64,000 nucleotides of DNA from Minutocellus sp. GHC0000111 (lineage: Eukaryota): positions 4,278,001 through 4,342,000 of the forward strand of contig OZ361259.1 of NCBI GenBank assembly GCA_977018835.1. The letters run 5' to 3'. Of this stretch, positions 24,516-35,140 are shown piece after piece. Numbering within the stretch: the stretch's first letter is position 1; the number at the start of each line of letters is the position of its first letter. The notes under the pieces are model-generated. The model was not told where the DNA came from and did no database searches. It worked only from the letters and a program-made list of their open reading frames with translations. Both the position numbers and the translations under genes were made by a program.

Positions 24516-25740
24516 TCCCTTCTTGCCTTTGGTTGCTCAATTCGCCTCCTTTCGAAGACATCCATCCTTCTTCCTGTGTCGCATGCCATGCAAAAGCTTT
24601 CCGACAAGAGTCTCCATCGGACTGCCATCGCTCTTTGCGCTTGTTGGCACCGGCGCTGTCAACACTATCCATCCCCGCCTGAGCAGCTACTGTCCGTTTG
24701 CGCCTGTCCTTGGCAATTGAATCGGTGTTGAGGCCGAGTGGGATCGGGGTGATGGCCTTGAGAGGCACATTCTTATGCATCATGCCACCAAAAGGCTTCT
24801 CATGCTGGACATCGCAAAGAGTGCCTCCACCGACACCTCGACTGACCACAACAAATCCCTTGCCCTCAGGCCGATTCATGTTGGGACTGAAGTCGGCAGA
24901 CACAAGGACACATTCCCCAGTGCTGATGGCAGGTCGCATGTTGTCTTCCATTCTCATTGCTTTCTTGCGTTCGGGTGGTGCATCCGTCGGCATCCTGTGC
25001 GACCGAAGATGTTCACGCATTTGTGCCCTCTGCTCCAAATGACGCATCGCCTCCTTCATTTTGTTCCTTTTCTTCTCGGCATCGGCCATGGCCTTTTCAT
25101 CCTTCCGCTTTTCTCGTTTCAAGGCATCCCTTAGCCCTTTCAAAGCCTCCTCTGCAGCTTTGTGTTGCGCTTCGGCCTCAACCAGCAGCACATCCAAATT
25201 CTCCTCGGTCGATCCACCAGAATTGGCGGTGCCGGCAGCAGAAACACCGACACTGGCAGGATTGCCAGACTCTTCACTGTTGCCGCTTCCATCCACCACC
25301 ATGGACTCGGCGATGCCCCCAGCTTCGATGTTGTCATCACCAGGACGAGCAGCGACACCAGCATTGTCCTCGACCGTCGGCTCAGGACTGGCATCGGCGT
25401 CATTGGATGACGAATTGCGCCGAGCAATTTGAATTTGAGAAATCGGCACATCTTGTGCCGGATCAGGACCGGTCTGGCTCGGACGACAGCACAGCTCCTC
25501 CTCTCGGGCTTGCTCCACAACATCCTGCTGTTTCTGAAGTGAGAGGCCCGCCCATGCCCGGTTCGCTGTGGTCTGGATCATCCCAGGAGACTTGCCACGA
25601 ATCGTAGAGGCATCGATGGTGCCGCTCCGATGGACAAAATGATCAAAGCATGGGATGGAGCTGCCGGACCGACGGGAGCGGCGACATGCTGGCGCATCAG
25701 CTGCGGTGGCAGCAGCAGCAACAGCCATTTGCATTAACAT
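24373..25740 (-). pseudogene. N-terminal extension of the transposase, left-arm copy (2-bp deletion near 24640)
   Basis: Identical to the right-arm ORF up to SAGANKR, then frameshifted. Confidence 0.65.
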
Positions 25741-28041
25741 GGTGTTGGATGCAGTGCTTTGTGGCAGCAGAGCAACAGTTTGTGTGTCGGGTGGGTTGGA
25801 AATGAGGAAGGTTTCATTGAGTGGCGGGCGCGCCGGGCGGGTGATGATTTTTTTGGCCCGCTCGATTTTGGCGCGGGGTCACCCGGACCGCACAAGATGC
25901 GCCATTGTGGGGACCATGGAGACCGATGTCGGAGCTCAAACCATGTGGCTACTTGAATCAATGCATTTGGGAGGTGGTGGTGGGGTCGGGAGGTGGAGGA
26001 GGTGACCGGTTGTCATCGGAAAAACTGGCAGAAGTCGGGAGGGGCGATGGATGGGGTGAATCGGCCAGACGCTGGCATGGGAAGATGAAGTCGATGTCTC
26101 CGAGTCGGTCCAAGGTCAAGGACCAACCCGTTCTGGAGACACCACGCTCATCCCTTGCGTGAAGCGGATGCCGTCGGCACTGCCATCTTGAAGACAGGAT
26201 GATGGCAAATAAATGCTGCTACGAGGTCATTTGCTGTCGTCCTGTCTTCAAGATGGCGGTGACGTCCGCGACCTCGTAGCAGCATTTATTTGCCATCATC
26301 CTGTCTTCAAGATGGCAGTGCCGACGGCATCCGCTTCACGCAAGGGATGAGCGTGGTGTCTCCAGAACGGGTTGGTCCTTGACCTTGGACCGACTCGGAG
26401 ACATCGACTTCATCTTCCCATGCCAGCGTCTGGCCGATTCACCCCATCCATCGCCCCTCCCGACTTCTGCCAGTTTTTCCGATGACAACCGGTCACCTCC
26501 TCCACCTCCCGACCCCACCACCACCTCCCAAATGCATTGATTCAAGTAGCCACATGGTTTGAGCTCCGACATCGGTCTCCATGGTCCCCACAATGGCGCA
26601 TCTTGTGCGGTCCGGGTGACCCCGCGCCAAAATCGAGCGGGCCAAAAAAATCATCACCCGCCCGGCGCGCCCGCCACTCAATGAAACCTTCCTCATTTCC
26701 AACCCACCCGACACACAAACTGTTGCTCTGCTGCCACAAAGCACTGCATCCAACACCATGTTAATGCAAATGGCTGTTGCTGCTGCTGCCACCGCAGCTG
26801 ATGCGCCAGCATGTCGCCGCTCCCGTCGGTCCGGCAGCTCCATCCCATGCTTTGATCATTTTGTCCATCGGAGCGGCACCATCGATGCCTCTACGATTCG
26901 TGGCAAGTCTCCTGGGATGATCCAGACCACAGCGAACCGGGCATGGGCGGGCCTCTCACTTCAGAAACAGCAGGATGTTGTGGAGCAAGCCCGAGAGGAG
27001 GAGCTGTGCTGTCGTCCGAGCCAGACCGGTCCTGATCCGGCACAAGATGTGCCGATTTCTCAAATTCAAATTGCTCGGCGCAATTCGTCATCCAATGACG
27101 CCGATGCCAGTCCTGAGCCGACGGTCGAGGACAATGCTGGTGTCGCTGCTCGTCCTGGTGATGACAACATCGAAGCTGGGGGCATCGCCGAGTCCATGGT
27201 GGTGGATGGAAGCGGCAACAGTGAAGAGTCTGGCAATCCTGCCAGTGTCGGTGTTTCTGCTGCCGGCACCGCCAATTCTGGTGGATCGACCGAGGAGAAT
27301 TTGGATGTGCTGCTGGTTGAGGCCGAAGCGCAACACAAAGCTGCAGAGGAGGCTTTGAAAGGGCTAAGGGATGCCTTGAAACGAGAAAAGCGGAAGGATG
27401 AAAAGGCCATGGCCGATGCCGAGAAGAAAAGGAACAAAATGAAGGAGGCGATGCGTCATTTGGAGCAGAGGGCACAAATGCGTGAACATCTTCGGTCGCA
27501 CAGGATGCCGACGGATGCACCACCCGAACGCAAGAAAGCAATGAGAATGGAAGACAACATGCGACCTGCCATCAGCACTGGGGAATGTGTCCTTGTGTCT
27601 GCCGACTTCAGTCCCAACATGAATCGGCCTGAGGGCAAGGGATTTGTTGTGGTCAGTCGAGGTGTCGGTGGAGGCACTCTTTGCGATGTCCAGCATGAGA
27701 AGCCTTTTGGTGGCATGATGCATAAGAATGTGCCTCTCAAGGCCATCACCCCGATCCCACTCGGCCTCAACACCGATTCAATTGCCAAGGACAGGCGCAA
27801 ACGGACAGTAGCTGCTCAGGCGGGGATGGATAGTGTTGACAGCGCCGGTGCCAACAAGCGTGCAAAGAGCGATGGCAGTCCGATGGAGACTCTTGTCGGA
27901 AAGCTTTTGCATGGCATGCGACACAGGAAGAAGGATGGATGTCTTCGAAAGGAGGCGAATTGAGCAACCAAAGGCAAGAAGGGATTGAACGACGAGGAGA
28001 AGAGCATGCTTTTTGCCCAGGGATTGCTTCTGGAAGTGCAT
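24459..28041. repeat. About 1.77-kb near-perfect inverted repeat with a 41-nt spacer (26229-26269)
   Basis: Mirror-image ORFs about a centre near 26249 (e.g. 25740 pairs with 26758). The only arm difference I noticed is a 2-bp indel. Confidence 0.95.
26758..28041 (+). pseudogene. N-terminal extension of the transposase, right-arm copy
   Basis: After the TGA at 27961 the frame continues ATKGKKGLNDEEKSMLFAQGLLLEVH, which is the start of the transposase ORF, and is then cut by a deletion. Confidence 0.7.
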
Positions 28042-29113
28042 ACCGCGGATGTTCCGGCGTTTCGTTGGAAGTTTCCTTCTCATGGCGCGAGGGGCTGAAT
28101 GCAGTCGCCTCGGCGCGTTTCGGTGGACGCGGTGGACTGAAGATGTGTCCCTTTGGAGTATCCATGAGTATGGAAGCTTCTTGAAGCGCCAGTCGGCAGA
28201 AGTTGCCCAGTCTATTTGTGGTAATTGCTTGGAGGTCGGTGGTTGTTGACGGGTGTGTTTTGATTTGCTTGCTTTGCCGCGTGTTTTTCAAGGTGCGCGC
28301 AAACCGCCGTGTCGGAAAGTCCAAAGACCCAAAAACCCGGGTCCCCGAAATTGCTGTCCCGGACCTCGTAAGAAGCTTGACCATGCTTCGTATTCCTTTG
28401 ATGAACTCAGGGCGGCGTTTTTGGAGAGAGTGCATGAAATACATCCGGACAAGCGAAGGGGGGATACCACCGAGACCGACACTTCTGGACACCATGAATT
28501 TGTGGAGTTACAATCTGCCTGGGCCGAGTATGAAAAGCTGGCGAAAATGATGATGACCAAAGTGGGAAGTGGTAGCTCAGATGCAAACTTTACTCTCTTT
28601 GGTGTGGGCTGCTCCTTCTCGGATAACGAATCGGTCTCAAATAATGGACGAGGCGGCCAGAGGGTGGTTTACCTCTGGGATAATTACTGAAACAGCAACG
28701 AGCTCAAATGAAAGTGGCGGTACTTCAAATGTGCCAATGAGAGAAGCTTCTATTGTGGACGATGACCTGTTTGTTTCGATTTCAAATGATCAAAAATCGA
28801 AAGAGCAGAAGGATGACATGCTTTCCAAAAAACCACAAAGAAAGGCATTGGTTGACATACCGAAGTACCTACAAAAGCGAGCAGAAAGGTGAAACGATTA
28901 CCCTCCCCCATTGGTGATATTACTAGTAATCACATGTACAAAAATGTGTAATGTTGTCAGTGTAAATATTGTTGAATTTTCTACCGCAATTATTGAATAT
29001 ATATCTTTTGCCTGGCATTGCTATCACATGAACTTTTCTTGTCCTCGGAGTTTCATGCCAGATCAAATCTTTGATTGATATCGACATCTAGTCTAGTAGC
29101 TAGTTGAAGAATC

Positions 29114-29954
29114 TCAAGCCGCGCATTTTTCCGGCTCATTTTCGAGGATAGTCCCTTTTTGCTGGGCAACAGCTGCTGGTCTTCCGTTGCCATCCACAGT
29201 GACAATAATGTCTTGAAAGATGGATTTCACTGTGTTCACATGAGAGTGGAATTGCGACAGTCGGCTCTTTGCCTTTTCCTCCGTGTCGTCACTTACTTCT
29301 TGTAATGAGCCTTTCCATCATCTCCTCTGGCGGTGGCTTAAACTTGAGATGATAGATTGACCCATCAACAGGATCTATGCGACGACCAACTATCCTCTCC
29401 ACAAGAGCGTCGTCGTCAACGTCTATGAAGAGAAATGTATCGGGCTCGATTCCCATTGTTTTCAGTGCTAATGCCTGCTGACGAGTTCTCGGAAAGCCGT
29501 CAAGCAAATAACCTCGCTCCTGACAATCTGGCTGGTTTATTCTATCTCTGACTAGCTTCACTATTACATCGTCAGGCACAAGCCGTCCTGAGTCCATGTA
29601 CTCTTTCGCAAGCAGTCCAACCTCGGTTCGATCGGCGACCGCCGATCGCAGCATGTCTCCAGTTGACAAGTGAACAAGGCCAAATCGGTCTTTGATCATT
29701 TCGCATTGCGTTCCCTTCACGCTCGCAGGAGGACCCATGACGATTACTCTTCGTGGCTGCCGCCGATCATCGGAGAGACGGCTTCTTCGTTTGTTTGATG
29801 GCAGCACGCCGAATGGTTTTTGTAGGAAATGCGATGCTGTCTCGCTACGGGATTTGACTGCGGTTGCCGAGGCAGCGGCAGCGGCCGACACATGATGATG
29901 ACAACTTGCGGCCAGGCATGCTGCAATCAGTAGAAAGGATCTTGCGTGATGCAT
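29114..29954 (-). pseudogene. Adenylate kinase (signal peptide; probably plastid-type) with a P-loop G->V change and a 4-bp duplication frameshift
   Basis: GPPASVKGTQC, HLSTGDMLR, GYLLDGFPRT and GRRIDP motifs. The duplicated AAGT near 29290 separates ITRS from DDTEEKAKSRL. Confidence 0.8.
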
Positions 29955-30380
29955 GTTGTTGGATACTTTTGAGAAGTAAATGGATCGGATTGTCCGCATG
30001 AGTTGCACTTCCAGCAAGAAAGAACGTGCATTCGCTCGTGCGTTCTCGTTCGAAAAACATCGCACGTGCAGAATGGCTCGGCCGACTTTCGAGATGCGAC
30101 TTTGGCATGCGGTCGTCATATTCAACTCGAGGCCAGCCAGCCAGCCAGACCACCAGCCAGCAGGCACGACGCTGGCGGCATGGCTGGCGCTCGTGATCCC
30201 CCGCTAAAGACTCTGCGCGCCAATTTGTCTCATAATACAGTCCAATGGATCTCATCAATTGGACTCTACAGATTATAAGTAATTATATACATGATAAGTC
30301 CTTTAGATCTATCGGTATTCACCTCTTTCTCAAGCGGAGAAAATTTTAATTTCTCGTCATAGAGAGTCTACAACCAATCA

Positions 30381-31352
30381 TCATCCCACAACTCCACGCA
30401 CCGAGTAAAGGAGCAAGCTCCAAAGATATAATTTGCATTCCAATTTGGCCACCAAATCTTCTTCCTCCAATGAATCGTGTGCCAAGTTGTCACCCCGACT
30501 CTCCTCTTCTACTGATCCATAATCTTCTCCCATATTATTGAAGGGCATAAGCATGCCTCTTAATGTGTCATCCTCTCCACCAACAAAGCTCTTTTCGCCC
30601 AAAACCTCCTTGTATATGCTGCGCAGTTCCTTCAGTTTGGAGTTTAATGCATCGATAAGAGGCTGGTATGGCTCGGCAACCAATTCAGTGTCCTTTTGAG
30701 TTGTCGCATTCTTCCGGCCCAATAATTTGGTGACTAGAGTCCATGAATTCACATTTCGATTCTGCGGCATATGACCATGCTGATGATCCTTCCGACTCAT
30801 CGGCATATCTACCGGAGTATTAGTGCCGACACCAACGGATCTTGCCGGGCTCAACTTTCCAGTGCGCAAGAGTGGAGTCGACGGTACTGGTGAGGATTGC
30901 CCGCTGCGAATGCCGTTACTACTGCTCGATGGCTTCATTCCGATTCCGCCGATGCCTTCGTTGAGAATGTGCTCTGCAGACTCGTAGACAGCTTGGGATT
31001 TGGTTGCTTTATCTCTGGCCGTGGCCAGATCGCCACGATTGGTCAAGAAGACATTTATCAGATGCCACACCTCCTCCCTCACCTTATTGTCGACGGAGGC
31101 TGTTGTTGCCGAAGGTTCGGCAGCTGAGTTTCCCACCGTGCTTGCATCGTTGTCGGCCGCATACAACGACCGAAGCATCACGAGATGGCATGGAAGAAAT
31201 CGACCGGGGAGGACTGATTTGTTGGCATCTACACGAGCTCTCTTTGTGGCTGGTGGTTGCGGTAACGCAGAACTGCCGAGTTGCTGTGCATGAGGAGTCG
31301 CCGTCGCACGCTTGGAGCTCATGGTGTCCGCCGTAGCAGAACGAGTGGTCAT
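30381..31352 (-). CDS. Hypothetical protein
   Basis: Long single ORF with coding-like composition and no recognised domain. Confidence 0.6.
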   Translation of the reverse strand: MTTRSATADTMSSKRATATPHAQQLGSSALPQPPATKRARVDANKSVLPGRFLPCHLVMLRSLYAADNDASTVGNSAAEPSATTASVDNKVREEVWHLINVFLTNRGDLATARDKATKSQAVYESAEHILNEGIGGIGMKPSSSSNGIRSGQSSPVPSTPLLRTGKLSPARSVGVGTNTPVDMPMSRKDHQHGHMPQNRNVNSWTLVTKLLGRKNATTQKDTELVAEPYQPLIDALNSKLKELRSIYKEVLGEKSFVGGEDDTLRGMLMPFNNMGEDYGSVEEESRGDNLAHDSLEEEDLVAKLECKLYLWSLLLYSVRGVVG

Positions 31353-31586
31353 CGCGGTCGCACAAAAAGGTAAGTGAGTGGCTGGTGGTTTTATTTGAGC
31401 GTTGGTATCCAAAGCTGATGTGTGTAAACGTGTGGTTATTATTGTTGTTGTGGTGGTGGTGGTATCGGTATCCAGTTGCCCGCCCGCGCGGCCCTTCTTG
31501 AGGTAGCTGATCCCGTTTTTCGTTTCGTTCGTGCTCTAAAGCAAGTCGGGTGGTTCATAAATCAACTGATTCAATATCAAAGCAAT

Positions 31587-32200
31587 ATGGGACATACGAA
31601 GCAATCACAGAAAATAACACGGGCGGAGCTCGATGAGAAGCTTTCCCTATCGATCCCTTCGCGCGAGCTCCTCGAGGAGCTCGCAGTCGCGTGTGCGGAG
31701 GACCCGACGCCAGATAAAACGTTCCAATATGCATTCTGCCTCTCAAAGTCCAGGCAAGAAAGCGAGCTGAGATATGCTGTCACCATCCTGGACAGTCTCG
31801 TCAAGGAGGGATATGAACATCAGATCGACTGTATGATTGGATCCGCGACTGCGTTGTATCTGCTCGGAGATTTTGAGGAGGGGCAGTGAGTCAAAAGTCG
31901 AGTGTTGGCTTGGTGGATGTTTCGTTCGTGCATTCGTGCGTCATGAAGTTAATCCGCACATCTACAGCCTGTGACTAACCCACTTGTTCTTTGCCATTCC
32001 ATGTTTACAGACGAAGATGTGAGGCCATTTTGCGGAGCAAACCAGATAGTCGGGCGGCGGCTGAATTGCATCTGGCATGCATCGACGGAAAGGAGGAGAG
32101 AGAACAACGGCTAGCGAAGAAGGCAGCTGCCGGGACTGTCGCAGTTGCAGCTCTTGGGGCTGCGGTTGCGATCGGTGGTATGCTCATGAGCAAGCGGTGA
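31587..32200 (+). CDS. FIS1: Mitochondrial fission protein FIS1-like (exons 31587-31885, 32011-32200)
   Basis: FQYAFCLSKS...AVTILDSL and ALYLLGDFEE TPR-like segments, a C-terminal tail anchor ending in basic residues, and an in-phase intron. Confidence 0.75.
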
Positions 32201-32632
32201 GGCTATTCGACAGCGGTGTCAGTTGAGTCCAGATGCTACCCACATACGCGATGGAGTTTGTAAATTTGAAAGGGTTTCTGCCAGTACTGGCTAGAGACTA
32301 AGAGAGAATGGATTGGTTATTTTATCGGCCAAGGCAATAAGACAACCGAGATACCGAGCATTCCTCACCAATCTTGACTGGCACAACAGAAGGAATTGCG
32401 CACTCAATATTCCGGTAATACCCAATAGGTTGTGCGTGCGTTATCGTTATTTGCTTAAGTTATATAGCCTTCCCACGATCCATCTTGCAATTTGTAATTC
32501 CATTGCTTATCCTTTGCTTGGGCGGGGCTTTCTCTCTCTTTATGGGAAAGTTCTTGTCCGTTACTTGGCCATGGTACAGGAGCGCTCCCAAACCTCCCAT
32601 TAGACATTTTTTCGATTCCATCTTCGACTCTA

Positions 32633-33829
32633 TTAAACAATGTGAGTCGCATCATCTATGGAATTCTGAAGCCACAACATCACCAACAGTGAGATGCTGG
32701 AAATGACACCAGTGGTAGTTGTCGACTTGGTAACTTAGAACGCCTCCGATAGCAGCTCAAAAATCGCAACCCACGCCATGGCACCACCAGCGAAACCCAG
32801 TCCAACAGGCAAGATCGGGATGAAGTAATGCACAAAGATGAATGCCGGTACAGCCATCAATGGTTGCGGAATACTAGTGCCGATGCACCACAGAGCCGCC
32901 GTAAGCAAATGTACCCTCTGGGGCAAGAGAGCGACTGCCACAGCCAATCCCTCGGGGACGTTGTGCACTGCAAGACTTGCCGATATGAAAACACCAAGCT
33001 CGCTGCCATTCTCACCGCCGAAGCTCACACCGATACCAACGCCTTCCGAAAAGGAATGCAGAGTCATTACAAAGATGATGAGCATGATGCGACGGAAGTC
33101 AGCACCGGCGAGGTCACCGATGTGATACTCCTCATGCTGTTCCAAAAATCGCTTAGTGCCCACAATGAAGCACAGGCCAAGGACGCCGCCAATAAGAGTG
33201 CGCATCGAACTTGAAATTTCGGAAGTATCTTCCGGCTCCTCAAAGGTGCAACCCTCCGCTATGAGAGAGTAACTGGCGGCAATCATCATACCAGCAGCGA
33301 CAGCTACGAATTTGTAAAACGTTGAGGGGCGCATTATATCAGAATGCGCGAGGATTACACATAACATAGCCCCACACGAGCCAGAGATGAAGCGATTTGC
33401 AATACAATACACAACAAGCACATAAGTGCACAACTACGCTCCTGGTCAAAAGTACTCACCATTCGAAACTCCCACCCAGAACTTATCGAGATCAGGAGCG
33501 AAGATAAGGGGAACAACGCCCAGGCCAGTGCTGAGTGCTGAAATCCAGCCGTAGTACCAAACATGCTGAAGCGTCGGCCGACCAACAGGTTGCAGCGAGT
33601 CGGGAAGAGTAAAGTAACTGATGAGAGCGACAACGACGGCGCCGATTATGGTTGACTTGGATGTCGTTTGGGGCTGCTTCGGCGATTCCACCACTTCATC
33701 GGTCTTCTTACTGGTCACATTTTCCGTGCCATTTTTTGCGGCCCTTTTAGCGGCGCTTCGCGTTTGAGGAGCCGACCTTGGCTGTCTCTGCGGCGTATTG
33801 CCAGCCCTTTGAGCTCTTGTTTGGACCAT
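32633..33829 (-). pseudogene. ZIP-family (ZIP11/GufA) metal transporter with a premature TAA at 32735 before the last transmembrane helix
   Basis: LHSFSEGVGIGV, HNVPEGLAV and GFAGGAM motifs; intron 33459-33304. The frame continues past the stop as VTKSTTTTGVISSISLLVMLWLQ. Confidence 0.8.
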
Positions 33830-34294
33830 TTCCTTCAATTAATTGATGTGATTATGGGGGTGGGGGGGTCAAGACAAATGACGTTTTTGGTGAATGTTTT
33901 GCCGTTTGCGCTGTGGTGAACTTCTTCCGGCGGCAGGGATACAGAAATCTTCCCAGACTTTTACAAGATATATATGTTCGGATTGAAAAGCTGATTCTGG
34001 CGCTTCACTTCGAGAGGATGTGCCAGCGAACGCTCTTATTCGATGTTATCGGAGGAAGCGAAGGCGATGTCAAGCCGTCAAAAAGCATCGCAACGTGGAA
34101 CAACAAGCACACGCACGAAGCGAAGTTGAGACGGGTGCGGACGACGGGAAGACCATCGACGTATGTACTCTACTAGTACGTACGGCCTACGGCCAGCCAG
34201 GAACACGTCACAGGCTGATTTGACGCAGACATCGATCGGTCCTCCTCTTGATGCCCTTGTCATTGATTCCAGAGTACTCCCTCCCCTCACCAAA

Positions 34295-34893
34295 ATGATC
34301 GGCCGCCGTCTTGCTACCATCGCCACCGTAGTGTGCGCTTCGTCCGTGTCTGCATTTGCCCCCGCACAGCAGCACTCCTCCTCCAGAATTGCCTCCACCG
34401 AGCTCAACATCTTTGGTGGCCTAAAGGATGCCTTCTCGAATGACGATTCCCTCGGCAAAGTCCAGAACGCTGGTCTTACCGGTGGGCCCAAGGTCAACGA
34501 GAATGTGTCGATCAATGGAAAGCCCGTAAATGCCGTCGTCGGCCAAAAAGTCAGCCAAGTAGCAGTGAGTTTTGGTTTTCGGTCACACGTATACGATTCC
34601 ATGCTCTTTTGTACGTTGTTTTGTTCAAGAATTCTCACACTCGTTCATGGTTCGTGACACCAACCTGATGATCTGGCTTGTATCCTCCTTGTCGCTGTTA
34701 GGCATCCGCCCGAGTCAAGATTCCCTATTCATGCAAAAATGGAGATTGTGGGACGTGCATGGTAAAGATTAATGGACGCAACAAGAAGGCTTGCCAGGCT
34801 ACTATTCCCAATGGAAAATGCGCCATTTCTGTGAATTTGGAGGACTGCTATAGATCCCAGGCAGAGCCAACTACTTGCCGTGGAGTCAGCTGA
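34295..34893 (+). CDS. Plastid-targeted 2Fe-2S ferredoxin-like protein (intron 34565-34701)
   Basis: VSA-FAP presequence and IPYSCKNGDCGTC...KACQ cysteine motif. Confidence 0.8.
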
Positions 34894-35140
34894 GACATAC
34901 AGTAAATAAATCTGGATTTGATGTTTCTATTCTTCCGCCGGTGCAATCAACAGTAAGTCCCGCTGGGAAATGACTTTGGTATATTTGATGACGAATGATA
35001 AAGGTGTGTGGCGGCGGTAGAATTCGAAGCCTGGTGATTCGAAAAGGCATAGTAAAGCGAGAGACAGGTTCGCAGCTACGTAACCAGCGTATAATAGACA
35101 TTCCGCGATGCATTAATCCATTACGATCGCACCGGTGTAT

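Larger units (their letters stand above)
22242..28368. mobile_element. Fold-back (head-to-head) mariner-type transposon, 6.1 kb, TA target-site duplication
   Basis: TA|CGAGGTCCGGGACAGCAAT at the left end and ATTGCTGTCCCGGACCTCG|TA at the right end. Arms 22242-22570/28040-28368 and 24459-26228/26270-28041 are inverted copies. Confidence 0.92.
22133..28892 (+). pseudogene. J-domain (DnaJ-like) gene split by a 6.1-kb insertion; coding 22133-22241 plus 28371-28892, with a further frameshift near 28630
   Basis: The empty site reads GREAH-KKLDHASYSFDELRAAFLERVHEIHPDK...FVELQSAW in frame and includes the HPD motif. After GCSFSDNE the plausible continuation SQIMDEAARGWF is in another frame. Confidence 0.8.

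Noticed and set aside
22242..28368. Palindrome as a pure assembly or fold-back read artefact
   Set aside because: The arms differ (2-bp indel, substitutions in A/A', 1.89-kb deletion), both ends have a TA duplication and the host gene resumes in frame. An artefact is unlikely but needs read confirmation.
29286..29300. GTAAGT as an intron donor in adenylate kinase
   Set aside because: The conserved DDTEE sequence follows immediately, so a 4-bp duplication explains it better.
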